A DNA stretch of 64,000 bases from Acidimicrobiales bacterium (GCA_043782995.1 JAYVZV010000009.1:554-64553); one strand, 5' to 3'. Shown: positions 8,912 to 17,588, counted from the stretch's first letter. Notes: generated by a model not told the origin, from the letters alone. A program made the numbers and translations.

Positions 8912-10263
8912 TATCTCGAAAACAGCTCGCTCAACACGTCGTCCATGACCTCAAAGTGTCCCTCGACTTCCTGGAGAGAGTGGGCGGAACAGAAGAGGGC
9001 CATGTTGTGAAACGGAGTGAGAACGTAACCACGATTGAGCGAATAAAGACGGAGCAGTCGCTCGAGCGGGTGGTCCATTGCTGCGTTCGCTTCCGCGCCG
9101 TTGGTGAAGGTTTGTGGCGCGAAGTGATACTCGGACCGGCATCCGAGTTGAGTAACGTGCCATGGAAGTCTGTGATCTGAAATGAGCGTGGCCATACCCT
9201 CTGTCCATCGTGTGGCGAGGGCGATCGAACGCTCGAAGGCCTCGGACGTGAGCACGTCGGCAAGCGTCGCGCGCATGGCTGCCAGCGACAACGCGTTGGC
9301 AGCGAGCGTGCCTCCAAGGCCCGGAGACTCGGTGCTCGTCATCGACGTCGCTAGAGCGGCCTTCCCCGAGCACTCCTCTGAAAAACCGTACGCTCCTGCC
9401 GGCATTCCCCCGGCGATTGCCTTTCCGACCACAACGATGTCAGGGTCTAATTGGTAGGCACGCGTGCAACCCCCGAATCCCGCGGACAGGGTGTGGGTCT
9501 CATCAATGATCAGTAGCGTCCCGTGGCGGCGTGTGAGATCGCGGAGTCTTTCGTGAAATCCCTCGTCTGGAAGGACGATGCCGACGTTCGTGAGCGCTGG
9601 CTCGGTTAGGACGGCGGCGACGTCGCCCATCTCCAGCGCCTCGGACACCGCTGGAACGTCATTGAATTCGACCACGCGCGTTGTGACCGCCGGGTCAATC
9701 GGGGGCCCCAGGCTCGTGACCGGAGCCACGACGCTGCCTCTGTCCAACGTGGCGAATGCCTCGTCGACGCTGCCGTGGTAGCAGTGGTTGAAGACCAGAA
9801 TTTTGTTGCGGCCCGTGATGCCCCTCGCGTAGCGAATCGCCGCTCGGTTGGCATCCGTCGCCGAAAGGGTGAACTGCCAACTAGCGATTCCGAATCGGGC
9901 TGAAAGTAGTTCTCCTACGACAAGCGCGTCGGGGGTCGGCAGCATAAATGTCATCCCTGATGAGAGCTGCTTGGTGATTGCGGCTACCGTTGCGGGCGGG
10001 CTGTGCCCGGACATCGCCGCGGTGTCGCCAAGACAGAAGTCGACGTATTCGTGGCCATCGACGTCGCGGAGCCGACCTCCTTCGGCATCTTCAACGTAAA
10101 TCGGGAAGCCTCCTGCCCAGTGCACCATCCACTGCATCGGCACTCGATTAAGCAACGAAGTCCGGGCGCGCTCGTGCAGGATCGCAGATTTCGAATGATT
10201 CGACCGGAACCGATCGAGCTCGCGCTCCGTCAACTCGAGAAGTCGTGTCGTGCTGTAATTCAA
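8911..10263 (-). CDS. class III (GSA-like) PLP-dependent aminotransferase
   Basis: 450 aa. IIDETHT...FGG and VVVGKAIAGGMPAGAYG (PLP lysine region) are typical of glutamate-1-semialdehyde aminomutase-like aminotransferases. Confidence 0.85.
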   Translation of the reverse strand: MNYSTTRLLELTERELDRFRSNHSKSAILHERARTSLLNRVPMQWMVHWAGGFPIYVEDAEGGRLRDVDGHEYVDFCLGDTAAMSGHSPPATVAAITKQLSSGMTFMLPTPDALVVGELLSARFGIASWQFTLSATDANRAAIRYARGITGRNKILVFNHCYHGSVDEAFATLDRGSVVAPVTSLGPPIDPAVTTRVVEFNDVPAVSEALEMGDVAAVLTEPALTNVGIVLPDEGFHERLRDLTRRHGTLLIIDETHTLSAGFGGCTRAYQLDPDIVVVGKAIAGGMPAGAYGFSEECSGKAALATSMTSTESPGLGGTLAANALSLAAMRATLADVLTSEAFERSIALATRWTEGMATLISDHRLPWHVTQLGCRSEYHFAPQTFTNGAEANAAMDHPLERLLRLYSLNRGYVLTPFHNMALFCSAHSLQEVEGHFEVMDDVLSELFSR

Positions 10264-10621
10264 GATCCCTCCAGATCTCTGGGCCAGTGAAACACGCCAT
10301 CAGTCGCGAGCAACCCATTGACAGTTCCGTTGGCACAAAGTACAATCTCTAAAGTAGTACAGATGTACAAGAATCGATGGACGTTGTGGTAATCGACCGG
10401 CAAGGTCGACCGCGCGACGATTGGGGGGGAATGAGGAATTATCGGATTTCGAGTCATGGGCAACGAGGCAAACGAGTTGGTGCCAACCACGTCCTAAGAC
10501 CGTCGGGGTTCCTCCAGCGCGAAGTTTGCCTGCACACCCGAGGCCTTGACCGTGCGCGACGTGCTGCATCGATCCAGCACCGTGGTCTGACAGGCGGGAC
10601 ACATCGCGAGGGGAGCGAAAC

Positions 10622-12148
10622 ATGCCTGGACTAGGAAGAGGTCGAGCGGCGACTGGATCAGGGTCGGGGTCGCCGGAGGCGCCGCCTCTGGCGGGGGAAC
10701 ACCATTCCGCCCTCACCTCGGCGGCCGACCGTTCCCAACATGAACTTGAGCCGAACGCGATTGGGCTCGTCCAAAGCACAATCATGTCAATTGCTTCGTC
10801 CGCGCCGACTGCGTCGATGACGATCTCCCTCGGCGCTCTGCTTGCGGTCGCCGCGTACGGCGGCGGCATGACGGTGCTGATCGTGATGCTCCCGATGCTC
10901 GCGATTGCCTATTCGTACTCGCGACTGAATAAGTGGGAGCCAAACTGCGGTGCGTCTTACGTGTGGGTCGGGCGATCGATGGGCCCGTATCTGGGATTCA
11001 TGGTCGGCTGGATCGTCTTGGCCGGCACTATATACGGTGACATAGCGAGTGCTCTGCCGGTCGGTCCGGCGTTCCTCTCGCTGCTCAACCTCAACCCTTC
11101 CAGTCGAATTGGCGCGGCGGTGGCGTCCACGGTGCTTTGCCTAATCGTGATGCTGATCGCGGCGCTCGGTATCGTGATTTCCGCTCGATTCCAAGTCGGC
11201 ATGTTCGCAGTTGAGTTCGCAATCTTGTTCTTGTTCGCTGGGATCGGGCTTTGGAAGACCTTCGTGACGCATCCCGCCGGATTCGTCCACCCATCGCTCG
11301 GCTGGCTGAGTCCTACCGGCGTCGGCGGACACGGAAGTTTAGTTGGCGGCCTGCTTATTGCGGTCTTCCTCATCGCAGGGTGGGACGCTTCGTTGTACGT
11401 GAACGAAGAGACTAAGCGGCCCACGGTCAATCCTGGAAGGGCCGTCATGCTATCGGTCATAGGTCTCGGTGTCGTCTACGTCATCATGATAATTGCTTTT
11501 CAGGGCGTCGCTTCAGAGCACGTCATGAGCAACAACACCGCGGCGGGCCTGTCTTTTGCAGCCCACCGCCTGGTTGGCGGCGGGTGGGATAAGGCGATGA
11601 GCGTTGCGATCTTGATGTCATCGATCGCCTCGACCCAGATCGGATTCGTGACACTCTCAAGAATCTGCTACGCGATGGGGGCAGACCAACTTCTTCCTCG
11701 TCCGTTCGCCCGGATCAATCACCGTCTCCGCACACCGGTGTTCGGCACAGTTGTGGTCGGACTGCTCATCATCGTCGTGCTCTTGTTGTCGATTTATCTG
11801 TCCACGGTGGCCAACGCCTTTGGCACAATCCTGACCTCAACCGGAATCCTTTTTGGCACGTTCTATGCGTTCGGCGCAATGGCGAACACATGGTTCTTTC
11901 GATCCCAGATCCGCCACAGCCTCAAATCGTTTCTCCTCGTCGCCGCCATTCCACTTGGTGCCGTCGCAGTCCTCGCGTGGATCATCGTCAAATCGCTTCA
12001 AGGTTTCAGCGCTGGCGCGAACATCGCTCTCGCTGTCACGATTGCCCTAGGCGTGATTGCCATGTTGGCGGCGCGGCTGACCAACTCACCTTTCTTTTCG
12101 ATTCCACGAGAGCGCTTTCATGAAGGGCCGCTGCGCGCTGAGGTCTGA
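10622..12148 (+). CDS. APC-family amino acid/polyamine permease
   Basis: 508 aa with about 12 hydrophobic segments and an N-terminal LEPNAIGLVQSTIMSIASSAP signature region. ATG preceded by GAGGGGA. Confidence 0.85.
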   Translation: MPGLGRGRAATGSGSGSPEAPPLAGEHHSALTSAADRSQHELEPNAIGLVQSTIMSIASSAPTASMTISLGALLAVAAYGGGMTVLIVMLPMLAIAYSYSRLNKWEPNCGASYVWVGRSMGPYLGFMVGWIVLAGTIYGDIASALPVGPAFLSLLNLNPSSRIGAAVASTVLCLIVMLIAALGIVISARFQVGMFAVEFAILFLFAGIGLWKTFVTHPAGFVHPSLGWLSPTGVGGHGSLVGGLLIAVFLIAGWDASLYVNEETKRPTVNPGRAVMLSVIGLGVVYVIMIIAFQGVASEHVMSNNTAAGLSFAAHRLVGGGWDKAMSVAILMSSIASTQIGFVTLSRICYAMGADQLLPRPFARINHRLRTPVFGTVVVGLLIIVVLLLSIYLSTVANAFGTILTSTGILFGTFYAFGAMANTWFFRSQIRHSLKSFLLVAAIPLGAVAVLAWIIVKSLQGFSAGANIALAVTIALGVIAMLAARLTNSPFFSIPRERFHEGPLRAEV

Positions 12149-12364
12149 ATTCGATCTGCCGAGCAACGTGGCGCCAATTTCTTTGGTCGGGTGCGCCTAG
12201 CCACGGGATGTGCACTGTCTCCACGCGTCTGATGGAGAGTAAGGACCTGATGCAATGTGGGGCTGATTGGTCCGACTGGGCGACTCGGCGGTGGCCGGAT
12301 CCCCGTGAACTGAGCCACAAGTAATGCGAGTCCTGATGCTCCAAAATGGAGCGAGGAGGACAGC

Positions 12365-12592
12365 ATGAACCAACGGCATCACACCCCCGAACAGGTGATC
12401 AGAAAACTCGCCGAAGTCGAGATGTTGCTCAACCAGGGCGACGACATCGCCGAGGTCTGTCGCCAACTCTAGGTCACCCAGTCGACCTGGCACCTCTAGA
12501 GAAATCACTACGGCGCCATGATGGCCAACGACGCCATGCGTTTGAAGGAGCTGGATAAGGAGAATACCCAACTCAAGCGCACCGTGGCCAAC
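12365..12592 (+). pseudogene. IS3-family transposase orfA remnant (two in-frame TAG, 3' truncated)
   Basis: MNQRHHTPEQVIRKLAEVEMLLNQGDDIAEVCRQL*VTQSTWHL*RNHYGAMMANDAMRLKELDKENTQLKRTVA. Stops at 12470-12472 and 12497-12499. A possible TG-initiated left end starts near 12306 (tgaactgagcc...). Confidence 0.7.
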
Positions 12593-12642
12593 CGGGCCTG
12601 CGACACCACAGGTTTGCAACCCTGGTTCAGTCCGACCTCTTG
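12593..12642 (+). repeat. 50-bp direct repeat, copy B (recombinase-tail fragment)
   Basis: 48 of 50 nt identical to 5037..5086. The reverse frame encodes QEVGLNQGCKPVVSQAR. Confidence 0.9.
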
Positions 12643-12644
12643 GC

Positions 12645-12706
12645 GCAGCGTCTAAGACGCGCACGTCGTGTTGAGCCTCAGCCCAGTCCACTCCAACAAA
12701 AATCAT
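12645..12706 (-). pseudogene. second IS110-family transposase, N-terminal ~20-codon fragment
   Basis: ATG at 12706 preceded by GAGGTGA. MIFVGVDWAEAQHDVRVLDAA resembles the conserved IS110-family N-terminus (VGIDWA..HDV.VLD). The frame then runs into unrelated remnants. Confidence 0.4.
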
Positions 12707-13150
12707 TTCGTCACCTCAGGTCGTTTGGTTGTTATTGAGCCCCGAGGTAACGGCGGCGACCTAATGGACCAGCGCTCGAAGCACGACACCCCTCCAGCCT
12801 TCTCCGCTGACCTCATCAACCGACCGGGACACTCTCTGCAACTAGAGTTAAACGCTCAGAACGGTCCAGTGCTCACCGGTCGGCTGCTCGGAGATAGCAT
12901 CACTCAAAAAAGTGGCGCGGTCCAGACCCACTCGACCTGTCACGTTGGGCCGGGCTCACCGTCCAAGTCAGAGGACCGGAGTCGAAAATCGTCAATTGGA
13001 GCCTTCAGTCGTGGAGATATCGAACCTCCCGGCGTCGAGGTTCAGACTGACTGGACCCAACTCGTTGCGTCGCTCTGCGAGCGAAGAGCGGACGGGTCGC
13101 GGTCGCTAGAATCAACGCGGAGTCAGGTCAATCTTCAATTTAGGAGACGC

Positions 13151-14110
13151 ATGGCAAGGTATCGAAACGGACTACCGCAAATCGACGGACAAATTTTCCT
13201 AACCGACACAGGCCTGGAAACGACGTTGATCTTCCGAGATGGCTATGAGCTCCCGTCTTTCGCATCATTCGTATTGTTGGGTGACGAAAAAGGCCGCAAT
13301 CGCATGGCCGAGTACTACAGAACACACGCGGCGATCGCCCAAGCGGTCGGGGCAGGATTCATCTTCGAGAGCGTGGGATGGCGAGCCAGTATTGACTGGG
13401 GAAACAAAATCGGCTACTCGCCCGTGGCGCTCGACCAGGTCAACCGTGATTCAATCACGTTGATGGCCGAAATCCAAAGTGAGTTTGACTCCTCCGATAT
13501 GCCAACAGTCCTCAGCGGTTGCGTTGGACCTCGCGGCGATGCCTACAACCCGGCAACGATCATGACCGAGGGCGATGCCGAAACCTACCACCGCGACCAG
13601 ATCCACACCTATAGCGAGACGGGCGCGGACATGATTAGCGCACTAACCATGTCCTACACCACCGAAGCAATCGGCATCATTCGTGCCGCGACCGGCCTCG
13701 ATATGCCCGTAGTGATTTCTTTCACGGTTGAGACTGATGGCTCGTTGCCTTCCGGAATGATGCTTCGTGACGCAATCAGGTCAGTGGACGATGCAACTGA
13801 CTCTGCGGCAGCCTATTTCATGATCAATTGCGCTCATCCAACCCACTTTGAGACGGTCCTTGACGACAACGCCGACTGGGCACAACGAGTACGGGGTATC
13901 CGCGCCAACAGCTCCCGCAAAAGCCATGCCGAACTAGACGAATCGGAGGAACTGGATGCCGGTGATTCGGATGAATTGGCTCGCGGATACGCACGCCTTC
14001 AGGCGAGATTCCCAAAGCTAACTGTCCTCGGCGGATGTTGTGGCACCGACGAGAGTCACTTACGGAAGATCGCTTCGCGTGCATTACCTCATCGCTTTGA
14101 ATCAAGTTGA
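13151..14110 (+). CDS. homocysteine S-methyltransferase family protein
   Basis: FLTDTGLETTLIF...ESVGWRAS...LGGCCGTDESHLRKIA (zinc-binding GGCCG motif). ATG at 13151 preceded by AGGAG. The upstream part of ORF 12668.. is non-coding-looking remnant DNA. Confidence 0.8.
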   Translation: MARYRNGLPQIDGQIFLTDTGLETTLIFRDGYELPSFASFVLLGDEKGRNRMAEYYRTHAAIAQAVGAGFIFESVGWRASIDWGNKIGYSPVALDQVNRDSITLMAEIQSEFDSSDMPTVLSGCVGPRGDAYNPATIMTEGDAETYHRDQIHTYSETGADMISALTMSYTTEAIGIIRAATGLDMPVVISFTVETDGSLPSGMMLRDAIRSVDDATDSAAAYFMINCAHPTHFETVLDDNADWAQRVRGIRANSSRKSHAELDESEELDAGDSDELARGYARLQARFPKLTVLGGCCGTDESHLRKIASRALPHRFESS

Positions 14111-14120
14111 AAGCGGGGAT

Positions 14121-14157
14121 CGGTTGGGTTCGAACCGAAGGTTCACCAAAGTGAACC
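14121..14157 (+). terminator. two adjacent hairpins immediately after the methyltransferase stop
   Basis: CGGTT-gggttcg-AACCG followed by GGTTCAC-caaa-GTGAACC (7-bp perfect stem). No T-tract follows. Confidence 0.3.
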
Positions 14158-14403
14158 TGACCGGATCTTCGGAGTCTCCACACCCAGGAAGTGACCAAAA
14201 GAAACTAACTCACGTCTCCAGTCAAGATTTCATGTTTGCGCAACACGACGATGTGCTCTCACGAACGTACGCCGAACGAACTGATCCACCAGTTGATACG
14301 TGGCATTTCCGATAATGATCCGTGGGTTCTACCCGACTAGAACCATGGACTCTTTCAACGATGAGAGGGCAAGATCTTCAGTCATGAGTCCAACACTGAA
14401 CTC

Positions 14404-14439
14404 TCCAGTCGGGGATTGTTGAAGTCGGGCCTCCGACAC
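14404..14439 (+). repeat. REP-like unit, copy 6 (short spacer)
   Basis: TCCAGTCggggattgttgaaGTCGGGCCTCCGACAC, flanked by the direct repeat acactgaactc. Confidence 0.7.
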
Positions 14440-14471
14440 TGAACTCAACGGTCGCAGATAATCTGACGACC

Positions 14472-15140
14472 ATGGGAAACGTCCAAGACGGAACTGTCTA
14501 TCTCAGTCTTGATGCCGACGTCTTAGATGATGAACGCACAGTGGCGCGATGGGTCGGACATTGTGAATTTGCAGAGCGATCTCAAATTGAGAGCGGACCC
14601 GAATTCTTAGACGCAAGTGACGCAGTGAAATGGTGGCGTAAGCGAGGGGCCAAGCGCATATATATTCGGCTCGACTTTGAGGAGTACCTGTGGGCCGGTG
14701 AAGGACCAGCACCCGATGCACCATCACGCCTACCTGTTTTTGATCCCGATGACCCGCGAGGTCGACCAGACGGTGCAGCACAGACTATTGATGAACGGCG
14801 CAAGCATTTTGCGGAAACTGTGATCGCTACGCGAGAGGCCGCATCGCTCGACGAAGGACGTCGACTTACGCGACGACGCGAAGCAGTCCATTTATCGGTT
14901 GAGGACTTGGCAGATCGGGTCGGACAGTCAACTGAATGGATTCAGGGCATTGAGTCCGGGAAATCAGCCTATGACGTGTCCTTTTTGCAATGGATAGATC
15001 TAGTTTGGGCTACCCGCCAAGGATGGCCGGAGGAGACGCGTGCAGATGAAACCAAAGGTGGGGGGTGGGTTGCCCAGAGAGGCCAGTTTCTTCGCGAAGC
15101 TGAGGTATTCGTGAACAACATGCTCGGTCTCTACGACTGA
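14472..15140 (+). CDS. hypothetical protein with C-terminal XRE-type HTH
   Basis: LTRRREAVHLSVEDLADRVGQSTEWIQGIESGKS resembles an HTH_3/XRE motif. N-terminal half not recognised. Confidence 0.55.
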   Translation: MGNVQDGTVYLSLDADVLDDERTVARWVGHCEFAERSQIESGPEFLDASDAVKWWRKRGAKRIYIRLDFEEYLWAGEGPAPDAPSRLPVFDPDDPRGRPDGAAQTIDERRKHFAETVIATREAASLDEGRRLTRRREAVHLSVEDLADRVGQSTEWIQGIESGKSAYDVSFLQWIDLVWATRQGWPEETRADETKGGGWVAQRGQFLREAEVFVNNMLGLYD

Positions 15141-15200
15141 GGATTACTCACGAACCATCCAGGCCATTGACATCGAATGCATTCGGTTTCGAGGCAACTC

Positions 15201-15252
15201 ATTGGAGCCTCCAGTGCAAGGGTGCAGTTCTGTTGCGTCGGGCCTCCGACAA
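15201..15252 (+). repeat. REP-like unit, copy 7
   Basis: attggaGCCTCCAGTGcaagggtgcagttctgttgcGTCGGGCCTCCGACAa. Confidence 0.85.
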
Positions 15253-15486
15253 GAACCAGCATCGCTTAGAGAGGTCGACAATTTTCGATCATAGATTCGA
15301 TACGTCATGTCGTTGTCATCAAGGACCTGCGGCTCACCGGGAGTGGGAGAACGGCGTGAACAGTGGGTTCCAAATTGGGGCACCGCATTACTGCCATTCT
15401 GACTCAGGAAACGCACGAGCTGCTTCGCCAGTGCAGGCCGAAGGTATCTCAAACAACACGGAGAGGTCAACCTATACGATTGGCTC

Positions 15487-15876
15487 ATGCTTGGCGATCA
15501 ACCCCTAGTGGCCTTTATCCCCGTTAGGAACCTGGACGCCGCACAGTCCTTTTATGTCGAGGTTCTGGGCCTCCATGTCAAGGAGCAAGGTCCCTACGCG
15601 GTGGTGATCGACGCGGGGGGAACGTCGTTGCGTCTTGCGCTGGTAGATGACCTTCAACCTCAACCCTTCACCATTGCGGGTTGGAGTGTGCTCGATATGC
15701 GAATGGCGATCGGATCGTTGGCGACCCGGGGAGTCGATTTCATTCGGTATGCGAGTTTGGACCAAGATGAGATTGGAATCTGGTCGACGCCCAACGGTGA
15801 TCAGGTTGCTTGGTTCAAGGACCCCGATGGCAACACCCTTTCGCTTACCTGTTTCGCTGTGAAAAGACGGGGATGA
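15487..15876 (+). CDS. VOC (glyoxalase/bleomycin-resistance) family protein
   Basis: FIPVRNLDAAQSFYVEVLGL...WFKDPDGNTLSL. Confidence 0.8.
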   Translation: MLGDQPLVAFIPVRNLDAAQSFYVEVLGLHVKEQGPYAVVIDAGGTSLRLALVDDLQPQPFTIAGWSVLDMRMAIGSLATRGVDFIRYASLDQDEIGIWSTPNGDQVAWFKDPDGNTLSLTCFAVKRRG

Positions 15877-15973
15877 CCGATACATCGAGCACCGACGAAC
15901 CCACGTCCACCGGATGACACCCCTATTGGAGACCGTAGAAATTACTTAGAGGAGCCATATCCAACCGGTCAAT

Positions 15974-16022
15974 CAAGCCGCCAAGGTTTGGTTGCAGGAC
16001 TGTTGCTTCGGGCCTCCAACAC
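15974..16022 (+). repeat. REP-like unit, copy 8 (mosaic of the two subtypes)
   Basis: caaGCCGCCAAGGtttggttgcaggactgttgcTTCGGGCCTCCAACAC. Confidence 0.75.
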
Positions 16023-16053
16023 TAATGTGATACCGAAGTGGTATCATGAAACC

Positions 16054-16260
16054 ATGGCTTTTACAGTTCGAACCGACGCTGCGCTTGAGGAGGCACTTGA
16101 CTCCCTTTCGAGAGTTGAAGGCATCTCGCGTCAAGAGATAATCCGACGTGCAGTTCTCGAACGATACGAGCGGTCGGGCCACGACGCTCGCGTGACCGAC
16201 GCGACGCGGCGGATGGCAGAGCGGTGGGCCGATGTGTTGGGGCGTCTCGGCGCTGAATGA
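16054..16260 (+). CDS. ribbon-helix-helix (CopG/Phd-like) antitoxin
   Basis: MAFTVRTDAALEEALDSLSRVEGISRQEIIRRAVLERYERS. Stop overlaps the Doc start (ATGA). Confidence 0.7.
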   Translation: MAFTVRTDAALEEALDSLSRVEGISRQEIIRRAVLERYERSGHDARVTDATRRMAERWADVLGRLGAE

Positions 16261-16637
16261 TCGAATTCGAGTACTTAGACATTGAGGACATCGTAGAGAT
16301 GATTCGGTTGCTCGGCATTGGCCCAATCCGTGATGTCGGTCTATTGGATTCAGCTGTGAATAGACCCCGTTCGAGCGCGTTTGGTGAAGACGCATATGAA
16401 ACGTTAGATCTCAAGGCGGCAGCGCTTCTCCATTCGATGACCAAGAACCATGCGCTTGTCGATGGAAATAAGAGGCTTGGGTGGCTCAGCACCGTCGTCT
16501 TGTGTGACCTGAACGGTTTGTCGCCCGATCTCAAGGATGATGACGCTTATCAGCTTGTCTGGGATATTGCCAGCTCAACGCAAGATGACATCACGGCGAT
16601 TGCAGACGGGTTGCATCTGACGCCAATCACCAACTGA
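16257..16637 (+). CDS. doc: Doc (death-on-curing, Fic-fold) toxin
   Basis: HALVDGNKRLG matches the Fic/Doc H.F.DGNKR motif. 126 aa. Translationally coupled to the upstream RHH gene. Confidence 0.85.
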   Translation: MIEFEYLDIEDIVEMIRLLGIGPIRDVGLLDSAVNRPRSSAFGEDAYETLDLKAAALLHSMTKNHALVDGNKRLGWLSTVVLCDLNGLSPDLKDDDAYQLVWDIASSTQDDITAIADGLHLTPITN

Positions 16638-16700
16638 GTTTCCTGCGACAGGGGCCTAGAGCCGTCCCAACGATCACGCGAGGTCTCATCTCAGTTCCAA

Positions 16701-16745
16701 GGCTCGAATGAATGGTTGCACTTCTGTGGTGTCGGGCCTTCGATT
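16701..16745 (+). repeat. REP-like unit, copy 9 (diverged)
   Basis: ggctCGAATGaatggttgcacttctgtggtGTCGGGCCTTCGATtc. Confidence 0.6.
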
Positions 16746-16922
16746 CGAAATCAATCCTTACCATTGGACCGTCTCACATTGCCGGGGATATTCAAGAATC
16801 CAGTTGCCTTGACTACGCATCGTTTCGGATATTCTCGCGTAACGAAACTATTTTCGATCGCCATACGGCGAATGGATCTCGTACGGTCTCTGAGAAGGAG
16901 AGAGGCGTGGGCGCCCTTCTGC

Positions 16923-17252
16923 CTACTCCAACTTGGGGAAAACGGCAACGCAACTGATTTCAACAATTGCATCGGGATAAATCAGTTCACTCACTCCCAC
17001 GGCAGTCCAAGCGGGATATGGATCATTTAAGAATTCGGAAGCGACTTTGAGTACGGTTTCAGTTTGGATTTGAAGACCGACATGGTAGGAGTTGATTTCA
17101 ACCACATTGGACCAATCCACACCTGCTTCCGCCAAGGTGTCGGCAATGTTGTTAAATACCTGGCGAATTTGCGCTTCCGGGTTGGCTGGCAAGGACCCGT
17201 CACCGGTCTCGCCCGTATGTCCGGTGAGTCGCAATACGCCGCCGGCGCTCAC
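16923..17252 (-). CDS. RidA/YjgF/L-PSP family protein (the true 5' end is probably upstream, near 17345)
   Basis: GVLRLTGHTGE...QIRQVFNNIADTLAEAG...VEINSYHV...PAWTAVGVSEL. The open frame and an AAGGAGAGG SD lie upstream of the first canonical start. Confidence 0.75.
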   Translation of the reverse strand: MSAGGVLRLTGHTGETGDGSLPANPEAQIRQVFNNIADTLAEAGVDWSNVVEINSYHVGLQIQTETVLKVASEFLNDPYPAWTAVGVSELIYPDAIVEISCVAVFPKLE

Positions 17253-17588
17253 GGCCGCTGGAATGTGGGTCTGCGCATAAAAATCAGCCCATATTTGAGG
17301 GACAATTACCGAATTTGGTGCTCCGTTGTCACTTGGTGTCTTGATGACCGGCCTCTCCTTTTGCGTTCGAGTTGAACCGTAAGGAATGTATCAAGGTCTT
17401 TGAGCCCTGGCTGAGCTCTGGTCTCGATTCAATCTCATAAATTTTGCTTCCTACTGGACTGGGCAATATTCAATGCACGCCGAAGGTAGAGCCTTGCCAC
17501 CTGTCAATTCTCCAGGCGGAGATTATTGACGTCAGCCCTCAGATAACTATGAAATCTTTGAAGAGCTAAATTCGATGCTTGCTACTTC

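Noticed and set aside
5037-12642. Interpreting the 50-bp direct repeats as attL/attR of a serine-integrase element
   Set aside because: Serine integrases use a ~2-bp crossover and do not generate long direct repeats. The repeat is itself recombinase coding sequence, so two paralogous gene tails are more likely than att sites.
12197-12706. 169-aa ORF on the reverse strand
   Set aside because: It is a chimera. Only the first ~20 codons resemble an IS110 transposase. The rest is read-through across the recombinase-tail repeat and antisense IS3 orfA.
12707-13150. SAM/SAH-type riboswitch upstream of the homocysteine methyltransferase gene
   Set aside because: I could not find the conserved cores of the SAM-I, SAM-IV or SAH motifs by eye. 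The region is better explained as an orphaned IS leader. An Rfam scan would settle it.
14111-14200. tRNA-like GGTTCGAACC...TCACCA sequence after the methyltransferase gene (possible tRNA or att remnant)
   Set aside because: No acceptable T-arm, acceptor stem or anticodon arm could be built on either strand. It is better explained as two terminator-like hairpins.
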